A DNA stretch of 58,270 nt from an uncultured Candidatus Saccharibacteria bacterium (GTDB taxonomy: Bacteria > Patescibacteriota > Minisyncoccia > UBA9983). The notes under the pieces are model-generated. The model was given only the letters and a program-made list of their open reading frames with translations, was not told the DNA's origin and ran no database searches. Below are positions 1-9,666 of this stretch, one piece after another (the first letter of the stretch is position 1; every line of letters begins with the position of its first letter). Both the position numbers and the translations under genes were made by a program. The DNA is taken from assembly GCA_964438405.1 (NCBI GenBank), contig CAYTKF010000003.1, forward strand, positions 1 through 58,270, written 5' to 3'.

Positions 1-40
1 GGGAAAATTTTGAGAAATTTTACCTTCATTATCAATCATT

Positions 41-127
41 CGGTGAGGGTGGGATTTGAACCCACGGACCCCTTTCAGGGTCGGCACGTTAGCACCGTGC
101 TGCACTAGACCACTATGCGACCTCACC
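41..127 (-). tRNA. tRNA-Ser(GCT)
   Basis: Reverse complement folds as a cloverleaf: acceptor GGTGAGG/CCTCACC, anticodon stem GCACG/CGTGC with loop GTGCTAA, long variable arm, TTCAAAT T-loop; no encoded CCA. Confidence 0.93.
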
Positions 128-151
128 AATTTTTTTAATATTTTACCACGT

Positions 152-763
152 CTATCCCCGCGCCACAACCAGGCCAATGACATTTTTGGCGCCCGCGTTT
201 TTTAAAATTTTTTTCGCCTCAGCCATTGTTGCGCCGGTTGTGGAAACGTCATCTATAAGAATTATATTTTTGTTGATTATCAATTCCGCGTTTTTTACGC
301 CAAAACTGCCCTTGATATTTTGCAGGCGTTTTCTTCTGTCTTTTAACGCCACCTGTGAGGGAGTTTCTTTCATTTTATAAAGGACATTGGTTATCACGTT
401 GTCCGATATATGTTTTGCGATTAATTCTGTCTGATTAAAACAGCGTTCCTTCATCCGTTTTGCAGAGAGGGGAATGGGAATAAAAGCAGTTTCTTTGTCT
501 TTAATTTTTTCCAGCAGCCTTATTTTTATTAATTCTGCCAACGGCTCAGCCGTCTCTCTTATACCCCTATATTTTAAAAGCCAAATTGCCTTTTTAACCA
601 AAATATCATTGTAATCGCTTGCGGCAAAAACGTTGTTTAACTCCAAAAATGTCGGTTTGTCTATTTTGTCAATGCACTTTCGGCACAAGATATCATTCTT
701 ATTGCCACAGCCTATGCACTTTTGCGGGAAAAAGAAACCCATGATACTTCTTAACAGTTCCAT
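152..763 (-). CDS. comF: ComF family competence protein (phosphoribosyltransferase-like)
   Basis: N-terminal CxxC...CxxC, RxFNQ motif (RCFNQ) and C-terminal IILIDDVSTTGAT PRTase motif. Confidence 0.92.
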   Translation of the reverse strand: MELLRSIMGFFFPQKCIGCGNKNDILCRKCIDKIDKPTFLELNNVFAASDYNDILVKKAIWLLKYRGIRETAEPLAELIKIRLLEKIKDKETAFIPIPLSAKRMKERCFNQTELIAKHISDNVITNVLYKMKETPSQVALKDRRKRLQNIKGSFGVKNAELIINKNIILIDDVSTTGATMAEAKKILKNAGAKNVIGLVVARG

Positions 764-782
764 AATTTTTATAATATAATTA

Positions 783-791
783 TGTTATAAT
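783..791 (+). promoter_or_regulatory. Extended -10 promoter (TGnTATAAT) for the pilM operon, probably leaderless
   Basis: TG-T-TATAAT at 783-791, 7 nt before the ATG at 799. Confidence 0.6.
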
Positions 792-798
792 AATAACA

Positions 799-1884
799 AT
801 GGATGTCACACTTTTTAAAAAAATCAGTTCGTTCTTTAAAAAAGAGAACCGTGTTTTGGGTATTGATATTGGCACCTCTTCTATAAAAATTGTCCAGCTA
901 ATAAAAGAGAAAGAAAGAGCAGTGCTTGAAACATACGGTGAGCTTGCAACCGGCCCCTATGCCAAGTTAGGGGTTGGACATGCGGTAAAACTTCAGGAGG
1001 ATGTTTTGGCCTCAGCCATAAAAGATCTTTTAAAAGAGGCGAATATAACAGCAAAAAAGGCAGTTGTTTCAATTCCGTTAAGTTCTTGTTTTGTGACAAC
1101 CATCAATCTTCCCTTCAACTCAGAATCAGGACTCGAAGAAATTATCCAGCTTGAGGCAAGGCGCTATATCCCGGTGCCGATATCTGAGGTGGTTCTTGAT
1201 TGGTGGGTGCTTCCCCAGGAAACAGCTAAGAATGAACAGCAAAAGAAAAGCGTAATACAAGTTTTGCTTGTCGCCATTCATAAAGACGTTATTGACAGTT
1301 ATAAAAAAATAATTTCCGAATCCGGTCTTGAGGCCGTGGCTTACGAAATAGAATCATTCAGCGCCATTCGTTCTTCTTTGGGCAGAGAAAATACAGCAAC
1401 GGCTCTTTTGGATTTTGGCGCCCTTACAACCAAGTTATCCATTGTTGACTATGGTGTTATGAAATCGTCTTATTCAATAAATCATGGCTCTCAGGAGCTG
1501 ACAACCGCCATTTCCCAATCTCTTGGTATTGATTTCTCCAGGGCCGAGGAAATGAAAAGAGAAATAGGCCTTTCCGACCTTCCTGAACACAGGGACGTGA
1601 ATGCAATTTTTGAGCCGGTTCTTAATTATATTTTTTCTGAGGTCAATAGATTTATAAAAGACTACCAAAATAAGAATAATCGCTCCGTGGGCAAGGTGGT
1701 CATGGCTGGAGGAGGTTCTTCACTTATGGGGTTGATTGATTTTTCCATTAAAAGTTTTACGATAGAAGTAGTACTCGCAGACCCGTTTATCAAGGTTGAT
1801 TATCCAGTTATTCTTTCCGAAGTCTTAAAAAAGGTCGGCGTAAATTTTTCTGTTGCCCTGGGATTGGCTCTTAGGAATTTATAA
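799..1884 (+). CDS. pilM: Type IV pilus assembly protein PilM
   Basis: Actin-like ATPase motif VLGIDIGTSSIKIVQL, IQLEARRYIPVP, LLDFGA and C-terminal AGGGS; first gene of the pil operon. Confidence 0.93.
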   Translation: MDVTLFKKISSFFKKENRVLGIDIGTSSIKIVQLIKEKERAVLETYGELATGPYAKLGVGHAVKLQEDVLASAIKDLLKEANITAKKAVVSIPLSSCFVTTINLPFNSESGLEEIIQLEARRYIPVPISEVVLDWWVLPQETAKNEQQKKSVIQVLLVAIHKDVIDSYKKIISESGLEAVAYEIESFSAIRSSLGRENTATALLDFGALTTKLSIVDYGVMKSSYSINHGSQELTTAISQSLGIDFSRAEEMKREIGLSDLPEHRDVNAIFEPVLNYIFSEVNRFIKDYQNKNNRSVGKVVMAGGGSSLMGLIDFSIKSFTIEVVLADPFIKVDYPVILSEVLKKVGVNFSVALGLALRNL

Positions 1885-1891
1885 ATTAAAT

Positions 1892-2461
1892 ATGCCTGAA
1901 AAAAATTTATCATTTATTCCCAAGAAGAATTTTAATCCGATAGTGTATAAAAATGCCGGAGCGGGCCTGTTTTTGTCTGCTTCATTTTTTTTGCTGATTT
2001 TATCCGGAGTATTATATGGAGGTTTATATTTTTATAAATATTCCATAAATAAAGAAATTTTCACCCTTAACGATTCTTTGAATAAAGTAAAATCCGCCTT
2101 TGAACTTTCAACCATAGATCGTATTGTCGCGGTTTCCAGTGAAATAGATACGGCAAAAAATATTTTAGGTCAGCACAAAACAGCCATTCCGGTCTTTGAT
2201 TTTTTACAGAAAGATACTGTTAAGGATTTGAGGTTTAAAATTTTCAGACTAAGTTTCGATGAAGACGGCGCCGCAACTGTTTCTATAGACGGAACTGCCA
2301 AAAGTTTTTTAGCCATCGCTGTCCAGGAAGATGTTTTTAAGAACGAAAGCACTGTCAGTAATGTTCTTTTTTCTGATTTTAAACTTGGAGACAAAGGAAC
2401 GGTTGATTTCAAAACCAATCTTATGTTTTATCCGTCAACTTTTGTTTATAAAAGTGAGTGA
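1892..2461 (+). CDS. PilN-like pilus alignment protein
   Basis: Single N-terminal TM helix then coiled-coil/periplasmic domain, located between pilM and pilO. Start moved to MPEKN (1892) to avoid overlap with pilM. Confidence 0.7.
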   Translation: MPEKNLSFIPKKNFNPIVYKNAGAGLFLSASFFLLILSGVLYGGLYFYKYSINKEIFTLNDSLNKVKSAFELSTIDRIVAVSSEIDTAKNILGQHKTAIPVFDFLQKDTVKDLRFKIFRLSFDEDGAATVSIDGTAKSFLAIAVQEDVFKNESTVSNVLFSDFKLGDKGTVDFKTNLMFYPSTFVYKSE

Positions 2462-3180
2462 TCTTTATGTTTAAGAACATACTTTCAATAATATTACTTG
2501 GAACAGCAGCTGCAGTTTTTTTTGTTTTTTCCAAACCCCTTTATCAAGAAATCCAGGATTTACGAGTGCATAGAGAGTCTTTAAACGATACTCTTTCCCA
2601 ATCAAAAAAAATTCAGGCAAAGAGAGATGAAATTTTGTCGCAATACAACAATATTTCCAATGATAATCTGGATCGTCTTAAAAAAATGCTTCCGAACAGT
2701 CCGGATTCAATAAAATTTATTTTGGGGCTTGATAATATTTCAAGAAAAAATGGCATTATCCTAAAAGATATAAATGTTAATAGTAGCGCAGTGCCATCTT
2801 CAGGTGGGCAGAAGATAGACGTTATTTCCATGCCGATTTCCATGAAGGTGAGCGCTTCATACGTTTCTTTTTATAATTTTCTAAAAGATATTGAAAACAA
2901 TTTACGTCTGACAGAAATAAAAGAAATTAATTTTACGGCCGGAGATGCTGATTTTTACGAATTTAATATTAGTGGATTAATTCGTTATAAAGAAAATTAT
3001 TCTATCGCTCCTACGGAACAAATATCTCAGACCCAAGAAATTATAATGATTCTTAATACTCTCAACAATATAAATCTTGATGTTACATTTTTTGATAACC
3101 CGGTTTTTAAGAATCTGAACGATTTTTCGGTTGAGTTGCCAATAATGGAAAAAGGGAAAATAAATCCATTTTCTCAATAA
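2458..3180 (+). CDS. pilO: PilO-like pilus alignment protein
   Basis: N-terminal TM, coiled coil, KMLP motif and SYxxFxxFLxxIExxxRL motif typical of PilO; start may be 2467. Confidence 0.75.
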   Translation: MIFMFKNILSIILLGTAAAVFFVFSKPLYQEIQDLRVHRESLNDTLSQSKKIQAKRDEILSQYNNISNDNLDRLKKMLPNSPDSIKFILGLDNISRKNGIILKDINVNSSAVPSSGGQKIDVISMPISMKVSASYVSFYNFLKDIENNLRLTEIKEINFTAGDADFYEFNISGLIRYKENYSIAPTEQISQTQEIIMILNTLNNINLDVTFFDNPVFKNLNDFSVELPIMEKGKINPFSQ

Positions 3181-3181
3181 C

Positions 3182-4888
3182 ATGCAGTTTTCTGACGTAT
3201 TAATCAAAAAGAAAATTATAGACGCGCGAAAACTCGCGAAACTCACCACGAGGTCAAAGGAGGAAAATTTGTCTCTGGAAAAACTTCTTTTGGATGAAGG
3301 TATTTCAGAAAAAGAAATTTTGGATGCCAAGGGAGAGGCCGGAGAAATTTTAACGCGGACCATTGTTAAAGATCAGATCTCCTTTGAAGTTTTAAAACAA
3401 ATTCCAGAAGAAGCCGCCAGGCATTATAAATTTGTTCCCCTTGAAATTAAAGACGGGGTTTTGGAAGTGGGAATGGTGAATCCAGAAAATGTAGAGGCAA
3501 GAGAGGCTTTACAATTTATTGTCTCAAAATTAAATATTCCATTCAGAATTTATTTGATTACCGATAAAGATTTGGAAATAGTGCTTGACTCTTATAAGGG
3601 CATTCGCGGAGAGGTGGGCAAGGTTTTGAATGAACTGGAATCAGCCCTGGCAGAAACCATACGCGAGGAATCTGTTGAAGATTTTTTAAAAACAGAGATT
3701 AAATTTATAGAAGATGCGCCAATTACCAAAATGGTTGCAGTGATATTAAAACACGCTATATCCGGCAATGCCTCTGATATTCATATCGAACCGACTTCCG
3801 AAAAAACAAAAGTGCGTTTTAGGGTTGATGGTATTTTATATACAAGCATAATGCTTCCTATCAGCGTTCATGATGCCATTGTCTCCAGAATAAAAATTTT
3901 AACCAACCTGAAAATTGATGAAAAACGTAAGCCTCAAGACGGCAGATTCGAAACAAAATTAGAAAATAGAAATATAGATTTTCGCGTTTCCACCTTCCCA
4001 ACTTTTTGGGGAGAAAAGGTTGTCATTCGTATTCTGGATAAAGTAAAAGGGGTTAGGAGTTTAAAAGAAATCGGTTTTTCCGAAGACCAGCTTGTGATTA
4101 CGAAAGAGGCGATAAAAAGACCTTACGGCATGATATTAATTACCGGTCCCACCGGTTCCGGCAAAACCACCACTCTTTATGCTATGCTCCAGGAACTGGA
4201 TAAAGAAAAATATAATGTTGTAAGTTTGGAGGATCCCATTGAATACAATATAGAGGGAGTAAGTCAGTCCCAAGTTCTTCCAGAAATAGGTTATGATTTT
4301 GCAAATGGTCTGCGTTCAATTTTACGTCAGGACCCGGACATGATAATGGTTGGTGAGATTCGCGACAAAGAAACTGCCGCTCTGGCCATACAGGCGGCCT
4401 TAACAGGACATCTTGTTTTTGCAACACTGCACACTAACAATGCTTCTGGCGTAATACCAAGGTTAGTGGATATGGGCGTTGACCCGTTTTTAATTGCCCC
4501 AACCATTCTTTTGGCCATAGGTCAAAGACTTGCCAGGACGCTTTGTCCTGATTCAAAAAAAGAAATACCCTTACTGGGAGCCGCAAGGGAAAAAATTGAA
4601 AAAGAGATAGCTGATATTCCGGAAAACATAAGAAAAAATATTAAAACTCCGGATAGAATATACCAGGGTGTGCCTTCGGCCACATGCCCTAAGGGGGCAA
4701 GGGGAAGAATAGGTATTTTTGAGATTTTGAGGAAATCTCCGGAACTGGAAAATATAATTTTAAATAAACCTATAGATGTCGAGATAATGAAAGAGGCCCG
4801 GCGCCAGGGCATGTATACAATGAGAGAGCAGGGCCTGATGAAATTATTTGAGGGGATAATTAGCTTTGAGGAATTTAATAAGTTATAA
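3182..4888 (+). CDS. pilB: Type IV pilus extension ATPase PilB (GspE/PulE family)
   Basis: ASDIHIEP, PQDGR, Walker A GPTGSGKTTT, EDPIEY, LRQDPD, VGEIRD, ALTGHLV. Confidence 0.96.
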   Translation: MQFSDVLIKKKIIDARKLAKLTTRSKEENLSLEKLLLDEGISEKEILDAKGEAGEILTRTIVKDQISFEVLKQIPEEAARHYKFVPLEIKDGVLEVGMVNPENVEAREALQFIVSKLNIPFRIYLITDKDLEIVLDSYKGIRGEVGKVLNELESALAETIREESVEDFLKTEIKFIEDAPITKMVAVILKHAISGNASDIHIEPTSEKTKVRFRVDGILYTSIMLPISVHDAIVSRIKILTNLKIDEKRKPQDGRFETKLENRNIDFRVSTFPTFWGEKVVIRILDKVKGVRSLKEIGFSEDQLVITKEAIKRPYGMILITGPTGSGKTTTLYAMLQELDKEKYNVVSLEDPIEYNIEGVSQSQVLPEIGYDFANGLRSILRQDPDMIMVGEIRDKETAALAIQAALTGHLVFATLHTNNASGVIPRLVDMGVDPFLIAPTILLAIGQRLARTLCPDSKKEIPLLGAAREKIEKEIADIPENIRKNIKTPDRIYQGVPSATCPKGARGRIGIFEILRKSPELENIILNKPIDVEIMKEARRQGMYTMREQGLMKLFEGIISFEEFNKL

Positions 4889-4899
4889 TTAATAAAAAT

Positions 4900-5280
4900 A
4901 TGAACGGAGAAAATAGTAAAAAAGTGTTGATTATTGATGATGATGAATTTTTGCTTGATATGTATTCAACAAAGTTTAAAGAGAGCGGTATAGGTGTTGA
5001 AATTTCTCTCAGCGCCCAAGAGGCCCTTGAAAAAATTAGAGCCGGCCTTAATCCGTCAGTAGTCCTTTTGGATATTATTATGCAGGGAATGGACGGTTTC
5101 GGTTTTTTAGAAACAGTTAAAAAGGAAAGTTTATTAAAAGACAGTAAAATAATAATTCTTTCCAATTTGGGGCAGAAAGGGGATATAGAAAAAGGGTTGG
5201 CTCTCGGTGCCTACAGTTATCTGGTAAAGGCATATTATACGCCGTCTGAAATTGTTAAAAAGGCAAAAGAATTATTATGA
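4900..5280 (+). CDS. Single-domain response regulator (receiver)
   Basis: VLIIDDD, phospho-Asp in LLDIIM, DGFGFL, conserved K in YLVKA; no output domain. Confidence 0.92.
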   Translation: MNGENSKKVLIIDDDEFLLDMYSTKFKESGIGVEISLSAQEALEKIRAGLNPSVVLLDIIMQGMDGFGFLETVKKESLLKDSKIIILSNLGQKGDIEKGLALGAYSYLVKAYYTPSEIVKKAKELL

Positions 5281-6344
5281 GTGACTATAAAAAAGAACTG
5301 GAAAAATTAATTCTTATCACTGTCAAAGAGGGCGCATCAGACCTTCATATTTCTGCCGGCAGACATCCAACCATAAGGGTTTCCGGTGCGCTCATTCCGC
5401 TTGTTAAAGAACAAATTCTTTCCTCAGAAGATACGGAGGGATTAGTTTTCGTAATGTTGGGAGAAGAAAAAATGAAGGAATTTATCAAGGAAAAAGAATT
5501 TGATTTTTCTTATGCCTTTGAAGATACTGCAAGATTTAGAGTAAACGCCTTTTATCAGAGAGGTCTTATCAGTGCATCTTTAAGGCTCATTCCGGTCAAT
5601 ATCAAAAATATAGCAGAACTTAATTTGCCAAATTCCCTTCAGGATTTTGCCAATATGGAGCAGGGATTTTTTTTGGTGGTTGGGCCGATTGGCCATGGCA
5701 AATCAACCACCCTTGCATCCATGATTGATTACATCAATCACAATCGTAGCGAGCACGTTCTTACGATAGAAGATCCGATTGAATATTTTTTTAATCAGGA
5801 TAAATCAATAATTGACCAAAGAGAGGTTAAAAACGACACAAAGGATTTTCGTTCAGCGCTCCGTTCCATGTTCAGAGAAGATGTTAATGTGGCCATGGTT
5901 GGCGAGATGAGGGATTTGGAAACAGTTTCTACAGCCATAACCGCTGCTGAAACCGGGCACTTGATTTTTTCTTCGCTTCACACCAACAATGCAGCCCAGA
6001 CAATAGACAGAATTATAGATTCTTTTCCGGCAGAACAGCAGAATCAGATACGGCTTCAGCTTTCCAGCGCTCTCATAGGAGTTTTTTCCCAGAGACTTGT
6101 GCCGCGAATATCAGGCGGGCTGATTCCGGCCTACGAGCTTTTAATATCCAATTCGGCAATAAAAAATTTGATACGCGAGGGAAAAACTCACGAGATAGAC
6201 ATTGTCATAGAAACGAGTTTTGAACAGGGGATGGTCAGTCTCAATCGTTCTCTGGCAAATTTAGTCCGTCAGGGAGAAGTGACAATTGATAATGCTCTTG
6301 TCAATTCTCTTAATCCAAAAGAGCTGAGAGGAATGATTGGATAA
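5277..6344 (+). CDS. pilT: Type IV pilus retraction ATPase PilT
   Basis: ASDLHI, RFRVNAF, Walker A GPIGHGKSTT, TIEDPIEY, GEMRD, AAETGHL, LHTNNA. Confidence 0.95.
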   Translation: MSDYKKELEKLILITVKEGASDLHISAGRHPTIRVSGALIPLVKEQILSSEDTEGLVFVMLGEEKMKEFIKEKEFDFSYAFEDTARFRVNAFYQRGLISASLRLIPVNIKNIAELNLPNSLQDFANMEQGFFLVVGPIGHGKSTTLASMIDYINHNRSEHVLTIEDPIEYFFNQDKSIIDQREVKNDTKDFRSALRSMFREDVNVAMVGEMRDLETVSTAITAAETGHLIFSSLHTNNAAQTIDRIIDSFPAEQQNQIRLQLSSALIGVFSQRLVPRISGGLIPAYELLISNSAIKNLIREGKTHEIDIVIETSFEQGMVSLNRSLANLVRQGEVTIDNALVNSLNPKELRGMIG

Positions 6345-7563
6345 TATGTTATATAAATATTCAGCGACAACGCCGGATGGGCAGAGAAGCAGCGGCACCA
6401 TTGAGGCGGCCAACATCGAACTGGCTGTTAATTCTTTACAAACCAAAAATCTGATTATCATGTCCATTGATCCGGCTGATAAGTCTCCTTTCTTGTCGTT
6501 AAAACTTTCAACGATTGTTTCTTTTTTTGAAAGAATAAAAAACAGGGATATTGTTATTTTTTCCAGGCAACTGGCCACATTTTTTGAGGCCAAGGTTTCA
6601 ACCATGGCTTCCTTTAAAATGCTTATTACTGAAACAGATAATCCGGTTCTGCGCAGGGTTGTTGCCTCTGTTTTGGACGATGTTCAGGGAGGTGTCTCTC
6701 TTTCTCAGGCCATGTCCAAACATCCGGATGCCTTTTCCCGTTTTTATGTAAGTATGGTTAAATCAGCAGAAGAATCAGGAAAGCTTGATGAAACATTTAC
6801 TTATCTGGCTGATTACATGGAGCGTTCATATGAATTGTCTTCAAAAGCCAAAAATGCCCTTATCTATCCGGCCTTTATTATATCAGCGCTCATTGTTGTT
6901 TTGATACTGATGATGGTTTATGTCATTCCCAACTTGAAGACAATTTTAACAGAATCCGGCCAGACACTTCCTTTTTACACACAAATTTTAATAGGGCTGA
7001 GCAATTTTTTTATAAATTTTGGCGTCTATCTTTTGATTCTTTTGGCAATAGGCGCGTATTTTTTATGGAGATATAAAAGGACGGAAAACGGTAAAGTTGC
7101 TGTTTCCAGATTTATTCTCTCCGTGCCGTTATTCGGGCCAATTTTCAAAAAATTTTATATTTCCCGCATTACGGATAATTTAGAGACATCTCTTTCAAGC
7201 GGCATATCAATGGTCAGGGCGCTTGAAATTGCCTCTGATGTTGCAGGAGATAGCGTTTACGGAAAAATATTAGTTGATTCTGTAAATGATGTGAAGGCCG
7301 GAGAATCGCTTTCTGTTTCTTTGGGCCGTTACAAGGAGGTTCCCTCTATTGTTTCTCAGATGATTAAAATAGGAGAAGAGACCGGCAAGCTAAATTTCAT
7401 TTTAAAAACTCTGAGCCGCTTTTACAGAAAAGAGGTTAATAACGCAGTGGATACTTTGGTGAGTTTAATAGAGCCGGTTATGATTATTGTTTTGGGAGGA
7501 TTTGTCGGCATTTTTATTTTGGCAATATTGGGACCGATTTATAGTTTGACTTCAGCCATGTAA
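6337..7563 (+). CDS. pilC: Type IV pilus inner-membrane platform protein PilC (GspF family)
   Basis: FSRQLAT, AEESGKLD, LIYPAF, MIKIGEETG, LIEPVMI. Confidence 0.95.
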   Translation: MDNMLYKYSATTPDGQRSSGTIEAANIELAVNSLQTKNLIIMSIDPADKSPFLSLKLSTIVSFFERIKNRDIVIFSRQLATFFEAKVSTMASFKMLITETDNPVLRRVVASVLDDVQGGVSLSQAMSKHPDAFSRFYVSMVKSAEESGKLDETFTYLADYMERSYELSSKAKNALIYPAFIISALIVVLILMMVYVIPNLKTILTESGQTLPFYTQILIGLSNFFINFGVYLLILLAIGAYFLWRYKRTENGKVAVSRFILSVPLFGPIFKKFYISRITDNLETSLSSGISMVRALEIASDVAGDSVYGKILVDSVNDVKAGESLSVSLGRYKEVPSIVSQMIKIGEETGKLNFILKTLSRFYRKEVNNAVDTLVSLIEPVMIIVLGGFVGIFILAILGPIYSLTSAM

Positions 7564-7597
7564 TTATTATTAATAATTTGTTAAAATTAAATAAATT

Positions 7598-8122
7598 ATG
7601 AATAAAAAAAGCAAAGGTTTCACTTTATTGGAGCTTTTGGTAGTCATTGCCGTTATTGGACTTTTTGCCGCAGTTATTCTTGCCTCGCTCAATAGCGCCA
7701 GAACAAAATCGCGGGATTCCAAAAGAGTTGTGGATTTAAAGAGTCTTCGAACAGCCCTGGAAATGTACTATGATACCTGCAGACAATATCCATCTACTCT
7801 GGCATTGGCCACTAATAATGGATGTCCTTCGGGAACTACGTTCGGGTCTTTTATCTCGGTTTTGCCAATAGACCCGCTCAGTGGCAGTTATAAATATACC
7901 GGGCTTGGCAACGCCTCTCCTCTTTCCTGCAACTCGTATCATTTGGGCGCTAATCTTGAAGATAAGACAAACCAATCTCTTAGCACTGATATTGATGCAT
8001 CTGCCGCCACCGCCTGCAGCGGCACAGATTTTAACGGCGTGGCCAATGAAAGCGCCTGCGTTAGTAATTGCGATTGTGCTGCGTCTGTTGCAACCAGATA
8101 TTGTTATGATATTAAGCCATAA
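7598..8122 (+). CDS. Type IV major pilin 1
   Basis: Class III signal KSKG|FTLLE, hydrophobic helix, ARTKSRDSKR motif, 8 Cys in the globular domain. Confidence 0.92.
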   Translation: MNKKSKGFTLLELLVVIAVIGLFAAVILASLNSARTKSRDSKRVVDLKSLRTALEMYYDTCRQYPSTLALATNNGCPSGTTFGSFISVLPIDPLSGSYKYTGLGNASPLSCNSYHLGANLEDKTNQSLSTDIDASAATACSGTDFNGVANESACVSNCDCAASVATRYCYDIKP

Positions 8123-8133
8123 ATAGTTTTCAT

Positions 8134-8142
8134 TTATCCACA
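8134..8142 (+). promoter_or_regulatory. DnaA-box consensus (TTATCCACA) upstream of the pilin 2 promoter
   Basis: Perfect 9-mer in the intergenic region between the pilins. Confidence 0.5.
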
Positions 8143-8196
8143 ACGGTCTTGTTTATAAAATAAGCTTTATTTATAATAGATACAGAAAACAAAGTG

Positions 8197-8234
8197 CCTG
8201 CCCGCAACGCTTGAGCGTAGCGATGGCGGGCGGG
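8197..8234 (+). repeat. REP-like GC-rich palindrome (CCTGCC family)
   Basis: CCTGCCCGC...GCGGGCGGG hairpin; near-identical inverted copy at 18233-18263. Confidence 0.8.
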
Positions 8235-8270
8235 GTCGATTTAAAAATTATTTCATTATTAAAATAAAAA

Positions 8271-8762
8271 ATGAATAAAAGAAACAAAGGTTTTACCTTA
8301 ATTGAACTTCTGGTAGTCATTGCCATTATCGGCTTATTGTCTTCTATTGTTTTGGCCTCGCTTAACAGCGCCAGAAAGAAAGCCAGAGACGCAAGAAGAG
8401 TGGCTGATTTAAAACAGCTTCAGATAGCATTAGAAATGTATTTTGACACTAATAAGCTTTATCCAACAGGCGCAAGCGCTACGGCCTTAGATCTGCTTAA
8501 AACCGGAGGATATATATCAGTAGTCCCTGTTGATCCTTTAGGCGGAACTTATGCATACGCAGGATTGGGTTCTGGCACTTCCTGCACTTCTTACCACCTC
8601 GGATCCAGTCTTGAAGACACTAACAGCCCGCTTCTTGGTAACGACGCTGATGCTGCATCTGGCACCGCCTGTACTGGCAGCACTGATTTTTCCGGCGTTG
8701 ATACAGCCAAATGCGCTGCCGCAGACTTGGGAGGCGCTGACTGCTATGACCTTAAGCCGTAA
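8271..8762 (+). CDS. Type IV major pilin 2 (paralog of pilin 1)
   Basis: RNKG|FTLIE signal; shares CxSYHLGxxLED and CYDxKP with pilin 1; 4 Cys. Confidence 0.92.
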   Translation: MNKRNKGFTLIELLVVIAIIGLLSSIVLASLNSARKKARDARRVADLKQLQIALEMYFDTNKLYPTGASATALDLLKTGGYISVVPVDPLGGTYAYAGLGSGTSCTSYHLGSSLEDTNSPLLGNDADAASGTACTGSTDFSGVDTAKCAAADLGGADCYDLKP

Positions 8763-8764
8763 TC

Positions 8765-8902
8765 GTGATTGATATTTTTGTTTTTATTTTCGGAACGATT
8801 ATAGGGAGCTTCCTCAATGTAATTATTTTACGCTTTAACACCGGCGAGTCGGCCCTAACGGGCGGCTCCCGGTGTTTTAGTTGTAGGCCAAACTATTATT
8901 AA
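8765..8902 (+). pseudogene. pilD: Truncated 5' fragment of a prepilin peptidase (pilD stub)
   Basis: Hand translation from GTG 8765: [45 protein letters not shown]. This aligns with the N-terminus of the intact PilD at 9667 ([26 protein letters not shown]...SKCFSCR). Not in the ORF track. Confidence 0.88.
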
Positions 8903-9597
8903 ATATCTACATCGAAGTCGGACTTCGACGCAAGTGGCCAATCACGAAGAAATTCTTCATATTCTTTTTTATTTTTAAATTGGTCAGTAATTATCTCTGA
9001 TCCGGATATTATCTGGTCTTTAAAGTTTTCTTCTAAAAACATCTTTAAACTTGACCAAGGATAGTTTAAAAGTTTATTTTTCGAAGAATTCCATTCTTTT
9101 AAGTTGTGCTGTCTCCAACCCTTACCGATTAAGAAATCCAAAGGATTAAGATGAATGTAAACAGAAAGATGAAGCAGATATTCATTTGAATTTACATGTT
9201 TAGATTTAAATTTGCTTTCAAAAAGGGGGCCGGTTCTGCCATTTTTTATATTTATGTATTTAGCAATTGATGTATTGCATTTACGTATAAATTCAGTAAT
9301 TCCTTTTTCTTTAACCTCTTTTAATAAAAGATGATAATGGTCTGGCATTATTGCATAACAGAGAACATCCACCAATTTTTCTCCTCGCCTTGCAATTTCT
9401 GTAGCTCTTTTAAATGTTGAATTTCTGTCGTTTCTTAAATAATCAAATGCTTGACCCGATTTTGTTGAATTGGCCAATAAAAATGTTTGGGCAAGTTTTG
9501 ATGCATTCTTGGTATCTTTAAACTCGGGAATATTAAAAATTGTTCTGCTGTATATATGATAGTATTCACCAGGAACAAATTTTTCTTTTCTCACCAT
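8899..9597 (-). mobile_element. REP-associated tyrosine transposase (RAYT, IS200/Y1 HUH superfamily)
   Basis: GEYYHIYSR, CYAIMPDHYHLLL (HUH), GPLFESKFKS, YIHLNP, YPWSS motifs. Confidence 0.9.
8908..8934. repeat. 27-bp hairpin direct repeat, copy 1 (overlaps the RAYT 3' end)
   Basis: TACATCGAAGTCGGACTTCGACGCAAG, containing the inverted repeat TCGAAGTC-G-GACTTCGA; identical to 9608-9634. Confidence 0.92.
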
Positions 9598-9607
9598 TAA
9601 TTTATTT

Positions 9608-9634
9608 TACATCGAAGTCGGACTTCGACGCAAG
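9608..9634. repeat. 27-bp hairpin direct repeat, copy 2 (RAYT promoter region)
   Basis: Identical to 8908-8934, 700 bp apart. On the minus strand it overlaps TTGCGT-18nt-TAAAAT, which ends 6 nt before the RAYT ATG. Confidence 0.92.
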
Positions 9635-9666
9635 ACAAATGGATATAATAATGTTAATATTAAAAT

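Noticed and set aside
2977-3363. 128-aa minus-strand ORF and similar antisense ORFs across the pil, gat, rnj, groEL, nrd and copA genes
   Set aside because: They fully overlap well-supported genes on the other strand and have no recognisable motifs.
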